64,000 nucleotides of DNA from an uncultured Desulfovibrionaceae bacterium. Its GTDB lineage: Bacteria > Desulfobacterota > Desulfovibrionia > Desulfovibrionales > Desulfovibrionaceae. Below the pieces are notes generated by a model that saw only the letters and a list, made by a program, of their open reading frames with translations, was not told where the DNA came from and did no database searches. Location of the stretch: the NCBI GenBank assembly GCA_964371505.1, contig CAYJNG010000001.1, positions 86 through 64,085 on the forward strand, in the 5' to 3' direction. This document shows positions 11,179 to 18,814 of the stretch, in pieces. Both the position numbers and the translations under genes were made by a program. Every line of letters begins with the position of its first letter. Position 1 is the stretch's first letter.

Positions 11179-11976
11179 TTAGCCTTGTAATATGGAAGAA
11201 ACAAGCAGTTGCGTGTAAGGATGATGTGGATCGTCCAACACTTGGTCGGTAAGGCCAGCTTCCACCACATGCCCGCGGCGCATGACCACAATTCTGTGAG
11301 CCAACAAACGAGCCACTGCAAGGTCGTGGGTAACAAGTATGATGGATAAGCCCATATGGCGTACAAGACCGCGTACTAAATCTAGCAAGCGCGCTTGCAC
11401 GGAAACATCAAGGCCGCCGGTGGGCTCGTCCATGAACACTAAGCGCGGTGAGGACACAAGGTTACGGGCAATTTGTAAGCGCTGTTGCATGCCGCCGGAA
11501 TAAGCTGTGGGGGCATCGTCTATGCGGTCGGTGGGTATTTCTACACGTTCAAGCCATTCAAGGCCTGCCTCGCGAATATGGCCATAATGGCGGGCGCCGC
11601 AAGCCATAAGGCGTTCGCCAATATTGCCGCCGGCAGAAACGCTCATGCGCAAACCATCGCGTGGGTGCTGATGCACAAAACCCCATTCCGTGCGTAGTAA
11701 GCGGCGGCGTACCGATTCTGGTAAATTGTGAATATCAAGGCTTTGCCCTTGGTCATTACAATAGGTCACTGTGCCCTGCGTGGGTTGCATGCGACCGGAA
11801 ATAAGGTTGAGCAAGGTACTTTTACCAGATCCGGATTCTCCCACAATGGCCAGTACTTCACCAGGCCATAGGTCAAAGGAAATATCTTCACAGCCAAGGC
11901 GATCCCCATAAAATTTGGAAATGCCTTCCACATGTAAAATACTGGTATTTTCTGGGCAATGAGCATTAGTTTGCAT
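11179..11976 (-). CDS. phnK: C-P lyase system ATPase PhnK
   Basis: Motifs [19 protein letters not shown] and VFMDEP. I set the start at ATG 11976, which has AAGGAAG upstream and overlaps the phnJ stop by 11 nt, rather than the track start at 12075. Confidence 0.85.
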   Translation of the reverse strand: MQTNAHCPENTSILHVEGISKFYGDRLGCEDISFDLWPGEVLAIVGESGSGKSTLLNLISGRMQPTQGTVTYCNDQGQSLDIHNLPESVRRRLLRTEWGFVHQHPRDGLRMSVSAGGNIGERLMACGARHYGHIREAGLEWLERVEIPTDRIDDAPTAYSGGMQQRLQIARNLVSSPRLVFMDEPTGGLDVSVQARLLDLVRGLVRHMGLSIILVTHDLAVARLLAHRIVVMRRGHVVEAGLTDQVLDDPHHPYTQLLVSSILQG

Positions 11977-12877
11977 TATGGTCTTCCTTTTGTGCGCTGA
12001 ACTCTGTATTTTGCGCAGGCTGGCGCTGTGCGCAATAATCTGTGTCGGAACACACATACATACGCGTGCCGGCATCGTCGGCTATGATTTCATCTAAATA
12101 GGTGTCGGTGGCGCCGCAAATTTCGCAAGGTTTATCCCAATGCTGCACCGTGAAAGGATAGTCTTCAAAATCAAGACTTTTTACATTGGTGTAGGGGGGG
12201 ATGGCATAAATGCGCTTCTCACGTCCGGCACCAAAAAGCTGCAGGGCAGGGCTTTGATGCATCTTAGGGTTGTCAAATTTGGGCAAGGGGGAAGGGCTCA
12301 TCACATACCGATCTTGCACCATGACAGGGTAGTCATAAGAGGTGGCAATATCGCCGTGCTTGGCAATGTCTTCATACAATTTTACTTGCATAACGCCGTA
12401 CTCTTCTAAGGCATGCATGGTGCGTGTTTCGCGCTCGCTAGGTTCCATCCAGCGCAATGGCTCAGGAATGGGCACTTGATATACCATAATTTGCCCTTCT
12501 TGCAAAGCCTCTTCGGGTATGCGGTGACGTGTTTGTATAATGGTGGCTTCGCGTGTGGCGGTAGTAACCTTAACATCAGCTACTTTTTGAAAAAACTCGC
12601 GAATGGACACAGCATTGGTGGTATCATCACTGCCTTGGTCAATAACCTTAAAAGTATCGTCCTTACCAAGTACGGCGGCGCTTACTTGCATGCCGCCGGT
12701 GCCCCAGCCATAAGGCATGGGCAACTCTCGCCCGCCAAAGGGCACTTGATAGCCGGGAATGGCCACAGCTTTTAGTAAGGTGCGGCGTAGCATGCGCTTG
12801 CTTTGCTCATCAAGGTAGGCAAAGTTATAGGTCACGGCGCTGTTTTCTGGGAGATGTGCTTCTATATTAAAGGGCAT
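11966..12877 (-). CDS. phnJ: Alpha-D-ribose 1-methylphosphonate 5-phosphate C-P lyase PhnJ
   Basis: Long blocks match E. coli PhnJ as I recall it: YNFAYLDEQSKRM, AIPGYQVPFGGRE.PMPYGWGTGG, and the Cys cluster CEICG...VCSDTDYC. The start is trimmed to ATG 12877. Confidence 0.95.
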   Translation of the reverse strand: MPFNIEAHLPENSAVTYNFAYLDEQSKRMLRRTLLKAVAIPGYQVPFGGRELPMPYGWGTGGMQVSAAVLGKDDTFKVIDQGSDDTTNAVSIREFFQKVADVKVTTATREATIIQTRHRIPEEALQEGQIMVYQVPIPEPLRWMEPSERETRTMHALEEYGVMQVKLYEDIAKHGDIATSYDYPVMVQDRYVMSPSPLPKFDNPKMHQSPALQLFGAGREKRIYAIPPYTNVKSLDFEDYPFTVQHWDKPCEICGATDTYLDEIIADDAGTRMYVCSDTDYCAQRQPAQNTEFSAQKEDHNAN

Positions 12878-14012
12878 GGTTATCCTCGCAAAGGGGGCCT
12901 TGAGTCTCTTGAGTGGTGTTTTTTTGTAAAGAGCGTAAAAGCTCAAGTTCGGCTTGGAAGTCCACATAGTGGGGCAGCTTTAAGTGCTGCACGAAACCAG
13001 AGGATTCCACATTGTCGCTATGGTAAAGAACAAACTCCTCGTCTTGAGCCGGCCCCTTAATGGCTTCGCCCAGTTCCACCGAACGTAAGGAGCGATCCAC
13101 AAGGGCCATACTCATGGCTTTGCGTTCGCCTTCGCCAAAAGTAAGGCCATAGCCGCGCGTAAAGCAGGCAGGCTTACCGCCGCCGCCGCTAAATTTATTT
13201 ACTGTTTCGCATTCGGTAAGGGTTATTTCACCCACAGTAATGGCAAAGCCCAATTCTTCCGGTGCAAAATTTACTTCCACTTCGCCCATGCGTATTTCCC
13301 CTGCAAAGGGGTGGGTGGAGCCAAAGCCGCGCTGGGTGGAGTAGGCAAGGGCCAAGAGTAAGCCTTCATCGCCACGCGCTAAATTTTGTAGGCGAATGTC
13401 GCGCCCTGCAGGCAATTGTAAGGCTTCGCGGGTTAGGTCACCAGGTTTGCCTTCGCTGCGCATTTCTTCGGGCAGGAGTCCTTCTTTTTCTAGAAAACTA
13501 AGAACCTTGGGGCAGGAAATAGTCACGTCTTCTGCCAGCTGTGCCATGTCTTGTAGGCTGTATTGCTGGGCTTTTTGCATGGCTACGGGCGCTGCGTCGC
13601 CGGCCTTGGAGGCTAAGCTACTGTCCAAAAGGCGATGGGTGTAGTCAAAAGTGGGGCCCAATAATTGGCCACCGGGTATATCTTTATACGTGGCAGAAAT
13701 ACGTCGGCGAATTTGCATATTTTCCGTGTCTAGCGCATGGGAGGAGCCAAAACGCGGTAAGGTGGTACGGTAGGCACGCAAGAGGAAAATAGCTTCCATC
13801 ATGTCGCCACGAGCCTGTTTAATGGCTAGGGCTGCGCTGGGTCTATCATATAAAGACCCTTCTTGCATGACACGGTCCACAGCAAGGCTTAATTGTTCGT
13901 CAATTTGATCAATGCCCACTTCGGGCACGGCAGTATTGCCACGGCGCTTTTGCGCCAACAATGCGTGGGCATTGCGAATGGCCTCTTCGCCGCCTTTTAC
14001 AGCCACATACAT
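12867..14012 (-). CDS. phnI: C-P lyase core complex subunit PhnI
   Basis: N-terminus MYVAVKGGEEAI and the blocks VDRVMQEGSLYD and EAIFLLRAYRTTL are as in E. coli PhnI. Confidence 0.93.
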   Translation of the reverse strand: MYVAVKGGEEAIRNAHALLAQKRRGNTAVPEVGIDQIDEQLSLAVDRVMQEGSLYDRPSAALAIKQARGDMMEAIFLLRAYRTTLPRFGSSHALDTENMQIRRRISATYKDIPGGQLLGPTFDYTHRLLDSSLASKAGDAAPVAMQKAQQYSLQDMAQLAEDVTISCPKVLSFLEKEGLLPEEMRSEGKPGDLTREALQLPAGRDIRLQNLARGDEGLLLALAYSTQRGFGSTHPFAGEIRMGEVEVNFAPEELGFAITVGEITLTECETVNKFSGGGGKPACFTRGYGLTFGEGERKAMSMALVDRSLRSVELGEAIKGPAQDEEFVLYHSDNVESSGFVQHLKLPHYVDFQAELELLRSLQKNTTQETQGPLCEDNHAL

Positions 14013-14078
14013 ATCTATTCCCTTTTATTTCTTGGTACGTTAAGTGTTATTTTTTACAATGCAAGCAGCGCGCAAGCC

Positions 14079-14819
14079 TTAGGCTTTGCTCACGCTAACA
14101 GAGCGCGGTAGGGCCATGATTTGTACGCCATTTTCTGTGGCATCCACAAAAATAATGTCCACACCCATGGGGTAACTGGCAGCATTTTGCGCCACATCAT
14201 CCCAAAACCACAGGGGTAATGCCTCTTTGCTTTGGGCTGTGAGCGGCAGAGCCAATGGGCTTTGCCATGGAGCAATGCCAGGGCCTGTGGCGCGTAAGGC
14301 GCTGGGCGCATTTAAAGCAGAATTATTATTGCCAAGGGGGCACGTGATAATAAGGGTGGTGGAGCGGTCTGGATAGGCGAGGCTCCCTTGATTAAAAGAG
14401 CTTAGACGCGGCATATCCAAAGCATTTCCTATGAAAGCAAAGACGCTTTCTTGCGTATCTTCCATTTCTGCCACGGGGCAGGCGCAGTGAAAGCGCATAT
14501 ATTGCATAAGGGCTTCGCTGCGTAGGCTTTGGTCAAACCATACGGTAGTGTCTGCATCACAGAGGGTGCGTGCAAGGGCCAGTAGGCCGCCCATGCGCTT
14601 GGAGGCCTCGGCAGAGTCTGTGTTTATATTGCTGGGTAATGAGGGAACGTGCGGTAAGGGCACAATACTACCCGGACGCGACATGGCATCAAGCACAGCG
14701 CGAAAGGTTTTTTGTGCGGCGTTTACGGCATCGTCAAAGGCGTCATCAAAGCTATCGCTGATAACAGTGGCAAAAACATGGTCTATTTTTTCGCGGGTTA
14801 GGGTATTGGCAGCACTCAT
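14079..14819 (-). CDS. phnH: C-P lyase core complex subunit PhnH
   Basis: FRAVLDAMSRPG motif. The ATGA overlap with the phnG stop fixes the start at 14819; the track ORF extends spuriously to 14897. Confidence 0.85.
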   Translation of the reverse strand: MSAANTLTREKIDHVFATVISDSFDDAFDDAVNAAQKTFRAVLDAMSRPGSIVPLPHVPSLPSNINTDSAEASKRMGGLLALARTLCDADTTVWFDQSLRSEALMQYMRFHCACPVAEMEDTQESVFAFIGNALDMPRLSSFNQGSLAYPDRSTTLIITCPLGNNNSALNAPSALRATGPGIAPWQSPLALPLTAQSKEALPLWFWDDVAQNAASYPMGVDIIFVDATENGVQIMALPRSVSVSKA

Positions 14820-15298
14820 GCGTCTTCTCCTCGTACCATGGTGAAAAAGTCCACCTTGGTGTTGGCGGTTTGTGCGGCTACGTGCTTTCTTTGGCACTCA
14901 AAAGTGCTGAGTAAGGGCGTAACCAGCGTTTTTTCCAAGTTTTCTGCGTAAACACTGTCCTGCATGAGCGCATCCAAAAGCGCCGCCATAATGGCATGCT
15001 TGGGATTGTTGCCCATGATGTAAGCATGGCCTTCGTGATTATTAAGGGACACAGCGCAGCGCGTTACCAGCATTTCGCCAAGGTTAAAGCGCTGCCCGCT
15101 GTTACCGGCCTTTCCTTCCAGCATAATCATGCCGGCTTCGGGTTTGCGTAATACGGTATATGTGGGCGCCGGCTCGCATTGCTGCAAAGCGGCTTCTAAA
15201 ACATGCTCTTGCCCCAAGGCAAAGGCGCGCATCCAGCGCTGTCTTGCGGGCGTCCTTTCAAGTGCAATGGTGTGATGCGTTTGAGGGCTCAATGACAT
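14816..15298 (-). CDS. phnG: C-P lyase core complex subunit PhnG
   Basis: 160 aa. The C-terminal VDFFTMVRGEDA matches the PhnG C-terminus. It is the first gene of the operon. Confidence 0.9.
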   Translation of the reverse strand: MSLSPQTHHTIALERTPARQRWMRAFALGQEHVLEAALQQCEPAPTYTVLRKPEAGMIMLEGKAGNSGQRFNLGEMLVTRCAVSLNNHEGHAYIMGNNPKHAIMAALLDALMQDSVYAENLEKTLVTPLLSTFECQRKHVAAQTANTKVDFFTMVRGEDA

Positions 15299-15687
15299 AG
15301 CTTCTCCTTAAATTCGGAAAAAATCCGCGCGGGCAGGCTTTTTATTTCCCTGCGTGCCGCTTTCACGTTATTGGCTTTTTATGTGACAACCGTATGCCAT
15401 ATAAAAAAAGATGTTGTGACAGTGGGGTCAATGTTAAAAATGCACTATTTCAGCTTGTTATGTATTATATATGCTTGTTGTTAGGTGTATTGTTAAGAAA
15501 AAATGTTTTTTGTGACAATTTGGCGAAAAGAGGAGGGCAAGTATGCTTTTTTACGTACAATGGGGGCGCGGTGTTATAATTTCTTGCTGTGTGAAAGGAA
15601 AAAATATATCACTTACACAGCCCTTACACGGGGTGCTATGTAGGAGCAATGTTTAGTTGTAATAGTGTTTTTAAGTGAGATGCTTAT

Positions 15688-16371
15688 ATGAAAGAATATT
15701 TACGCATAGGTTTGAGTATGCGTGTTACTACTGAGGAATTCCCCAATGGTATAAGGGAAAAACGTGATACTGTGGCCCATAACTGGCCTCTTTTTTTGCA
15801 ACATGCGCTACCTGAGGCCCTTTGGGTGCCCTTGCCCAACGCGCATGACGGCAGAGACAGCGTACGTATGGCGCAGGAGCTTGGCTTACAAGGCCTCATT
15901 CTCACCGGCGGTAATGATTTTGGTGCAGAACCCTCGCGCGATAATACAGAATTTGCTTTACTTTCTTGGGCTAAGCAATGGAAATTACCTGTTATTGGCA
16001 TTTGCCGCGGGGCACATATGCTTAATGTCTTTTGTGGCGGTGCCATATCGGCTTTACAGCGCGGGCCCTATTGTGCGGACGAGCGTAAAGAGACGGTAGC
16101 GGAGGCCAAGAGCGCAGGGGACACGCCTGAGCAACAGGCTAAACAAGCCTTGATAGTGCACAAATACGGCATACTGGGGAGTGATATTTCACGTGAATTT
16201 ACCCCTCTATCCATGGCAAATGATGGTTACATAGAAGCTTTTTCACACAAGGCCTTACCGTGGCTTGGTTTACTTTGGCATCCTGAGCGGGAGGTAAACC
16301 CACGTGAGGAAGATGTGGCCCTGTTTCAGGATCTTTTTTTACATAAAAAATGCCTACACCTTAGACCATAG
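15688..16371 (+). CDS. Class I glutamine amidotransferase-like / peptidase C26 (PuuD-like gamma-glutamyl amidohydrolase)
   Basis: Nucleophile elbow GICRGAHMLN and LLWHPERE (His-x-Glu). An insertion of about 45 aa lies between the two motifs. Confidence 0.65.
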   Translation: MKEYLRIGLSMRVTTEEFPNGIREKRDTVAHNWPLFLQHALPEALWVPLPNAHDGRDSVRMAQELGLQGLILTGGNDFGAEPSRDNTEFALLSWAKQWKLPVIGICRGAHMLNVFCGGAISALQRGPYCADERKETVAEAKSAGDTPEQQAKQALIVHKYGILGSDISREFTPLSMANDGYIEAFSHKALPWLGLLWHPEREVNPREEDVALFQDLFLHKKCLHLRP

Positions 16372-16411
16372 TGGGCGTGAAGTGATTTATTTTAATAAAT
16401 AAGGTTTTTGT

Positions 16412-16822
16412 ATGAATAGTATGGCTTCTTGGCGGCCTTGGCTGTGGCTTTTGGCCGCCATTTCTTTGGAGGTGCTGGGCACTTCCACCATGAAATTTTC
16501 TCAAAATTGGACTTTTGCCCTAGGCATGTACGTGGGGCTCATGTGTATGTGGGCTTGCATAGCTTTATCGTATTTTTCACTAGCTAAGGCCTCGGTGCAT
16601 ATACCCATTGGGGTGGCTTTTGCCTTGTGGGATGCCTTGGGGTTGGTATTTATTGTGGCTGTGTCCTTTTTTATGTTGCAAGAGCCTCTTACGCTAAAAA
16701 CGAGTTTGGGTCTTTTGTGCGTACTTTTGGGGGGCTTTTTAGTGCATCTTGGGACGGATAAAAGTGATGACGCCGCGCAGGAGGGGACAACCCAAAAGAA
16801 CACGGAGGAGAAGTCATGCTAA
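16412..16822 (+). CDS. Small multidrug resistance (SMR) family protein, subunit 1 of a paired SMR
   Basis: Four predicted TM helices, with the TM1 acidic residue in SLEVLGTSTMK, and a hydrophilic C-terminal tail. It overlaps the next SMR gene by 7 nt. Confidence 0.75.
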   Translation: MNSMASWRPWLWLLAAISLEVLGTSTMKFSQNWTFALGMYVGLMCMWACIALSYFSLAKASVHIPIGVAFALWDALGLVFIVAVSFFMLQEPLTLKTSLGLLCVLLGGFLVHLGTDKSDDAAQEGTTQKNTEEKSC

Positions 16823-17154
16823 CGCAGTTGCAACAGATGTTTTCTTATGCCGTATTATTGGTATTGGCTGCGGCCTTTTTAGACATTGTGGCCAATATTC
16901 TTTTGGCCAAATCTCAAGGCTTTGCCAACAAAAAACTAGGCCTTTTTGCCATTGCCTTGGTGGGCATGGCTTTTTGGTTGCTTTCCTTGGCGGTGCGCGA
17001 GCTGGATTTATCGGTGGCTTACGCCTTATGGGGTTGTTTTGGTATTTTGGGTACCAGTCTTTCTGGTTGGCTTATTTTGGGGCAAAGAATGCGCTGGCCG
17101 GCTTTTGCAGGCATGGGCTTATTATTTTGCGGTATTATTTTACTGCGTTTGTAA
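16816..17154 (+). CDS. Small multidrug resistance (SMR) family protein, subunit 2
   Basis: 112 aa with four TM helices. TM1 reads FLDIVANILLAKS (Asp in place of Glu). It is translationally coupled to the preceding gene. Confidence 0.75.
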   Translation: MLTQLQQMFSYAVLLVLAAAFLDIVANILLAKSQGFANKKLGLFAIALVGMAFWLLSLAVRELDLSVAYALWGCFGILGTSLSGWLILGQRMRWPAFAGMGLLFCGIILLRL

Positions 17155-17281
17155 GAAGAGCGCGTGCTCTCCTTAATTATTTACACTTAGGCTTATAGTT
17201 TTCTTAGGGTATTATCCTTTACATATGCGACAAAAGCCTATAGGCAATAAAAAAAGAGTCCATTTTTGCCTTGGAGGTACT

Positions 17282-18088
17282 ATGAATATACATGTGGCGC
17301 GAGCCTTTATTTTTTTCTTATGTATTACTTTTTCTACGATGGGCGCCATGGCTGCTCATGCGGCAGGTGCTAGCATAGCGCAAGTTATTTCCATAACGGG
17401 CGGTGCCAGTGTGGAGCGCGCAGGTCAAACACTTAAGCTTGCTTTAAAAGATGCCTTGTATGTGCAAGACATTGTGCGTACCGACGCCACAGGCAAGGTA
17501 CAGCTTATGTTTCATGATGACACCGTGGTAAGTGTGAGCGTAAATACTATTTTTAGCATGAGTAATTTTAGCAATGGTGCAGATGCCAGCTTTAATGCGC
17601 ATGTGCCCAGTGGTTTTGCGCGTTTTGTTACCGGTACCATTGTGGAAAAAAATCCCGAAGCCTTTACCGTGCGCACACCGGAAGTGACTGTGGGCATACG
17701 CGGAACCACCTTTGCCGTGCAAAGACGTGCAGAACAAACCACAGTGTACACAGAAAATAGCACCAAGGCACGTAGCGTTATGGTGAGCAGTACCACCATT
17801 CCTTCGGGCTATTATGCGGTGTTTGGGGCAGGAGCTACGGTTATCACGCCGCCAAGCCCCATGAGCGATGCCCAAAGGCAGGAGCTTGTTTCACGCGCTG
17901 TGATTACAGCCTCTCCGGCGCTCTCCTCTGTGGAGTGGGGGCAAGAAAATCCTTTGTCTGATTTAGAAAACGGCCTTGGAGATTCTTTAGATGTGGGTGG
18001 TTCTTTAGATTTGGGCGGCTCTGTGACGGCACCTACTTTACAAGAAGGCATTTTGGACGATGATGACTTGGATGATGATGACGATTAA
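17282..18088 (+). CDS. Secreted FecR-domain protein with a poly-Asp C-terminus
   Basis: GGAGG lies 5 nt upstream of ATG 17282. Signal peptide MNIHVARAFIFFLCITFSTMGAMAAHA. FecR-like core VQDIVRTDATGKVQLMF...TPEVTVGIRGTTFAV. The C-terminus is DDDDLDDDDD. Confidence 0.7.
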   Translation: MNIHVARAFIFFLCITFSTMGAMAAHAAGASIAQVISITGGASVERAGQTLKLALKDALYVQDIVRTDATGKVQLMFHDDTVVSVSVNTIFSMSNFSNGADASFNAHVPSGFARFVTGTIVEKNPEAFTVRTPEVTVGIRGTTFAVQRRAEQTTVYTENSTKARSVMVSSTTIPSGYYAVFGAGATVITPPSPMSDAQRQELVSRAVITASPALSSVEWGQENPLSDLENGLGDSLDVGGSLDLGGSVTAPTLQEGILDDDDLDDDDD

Positions 18089-18155
18089 AAGAGATACTGT
18101 TGAAAAGTATGTAATCGTACGTAGATACTAAAATTTTATTTGACGACACTATCTA

Positions 18156-18206
18156 GGCTTCGCCAGAAAAGGTATTTCATGCTTTTTCTGGCGAAGCTTC
18201 TTTATT
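18156..18206 (+). terminator. Intrinsic terminator after the FecR-domain gene
   Basis: 14-bp stem GCTTCGCCAGAAAA / TTTTCTGGCGAAGC followed by a T-rich tract. Confidence 0.65.
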
Positions 18207-18225
18207 TAATGCCATTCACTATAAA

Positions 18226-18654
18226 CTATTCAACAAATTCGTATGTAACGCTATCTTCATTGTCAAATTCCACAAAGTCAAACTCCACTGTTTGGCGGTT
18301 GTCTCCGCGGGGGCGGTTGGCGCCGACAACTTTAAATTTACTGGTCACAATCATGCGTTTAATATCGTCTGAATCCATTTCGCCGGGCCAAATGTAAGAT
18401 TTGGACTGGGCGTGAATGTAGATATAGTTGCTGGTTGTAGGAACTGTAAGTTCTGTTGTCCTGTTTGGCGGGGCTTGCCACCAACCTTCGGTTACCCATT
18501 CTTCTTCATCGTTATCATAGTAACAAATGGTAATGCTAATGTTTTCGCTTGTTTGGTTTTCAGCGATAAGAGTTTTGCTTTCTGCATGGGATACTGCGGG
18601 AATGAAATATAGACCTACGACAAAAAGGATAAGAAAATGGCGCATGAACTTCAT
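18226..18654 (-). CDS. Small secreted protein, DUF1036-like (142 aa)
   Basis: Signal peptide MKFMRHFLILFVVGLYFIPAVSHA. The mature part, with ISITICYY...WVTEGWWQAPPN...YIYIHAQS, resembles the DUF1036 pattern as I recall it. The gene is visibly more AT-rich than its neighbours. Confidence 0.55.
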   Translation of the reverse strand: MKFMRHFLILFVVGLYFIPAVSHAESKTLIAENQTSENISITICYYDNDEEEWVTEGWWQAPPNRTTELTVPTTSNYIYIHAQSKSYIWPGEMDSDDIKRMIVTSKFKVVGANRPRGDNRQTVEFDFVEFDNEDSVTYEFVE

Positions 18655-18752
18655 GGCGACTCCTTGGGGTTAAAGGTGTATTTACATATAAAAACTTCTT
18701 TGGCGGCATTTTAGGTGGAAGGGTGCGTTAACGCAAGAAGATTTTTTTAGCC

Positions 18753-18800
18753 AAAAAAGGCATGAAGCGGCACAGAACAGTGCGCCATTTCATGCCTTTG
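18753..18800 (-). terminator. Intrinsic terminator after the outer-membrane protein gene
   Basis: On the minus strand: GGCATGAA...TTCATGCC stem followed by TTTTTT. It separates the OMP gene from the small secreted protein gene. Confidence 0.6.
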
Positions 18801-18814
18801 TTATTATCGACTAT

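Noticed and set aside
15382-15421. CRP-binding site or Pho box reading of the TGTGACA repeats
   Set aside because: There is no TCACA half-site at the N6 spacing and no CTGTCAT-type direct repeat at 11-bp periodicity. I kept it only as an unexplained repeated word.
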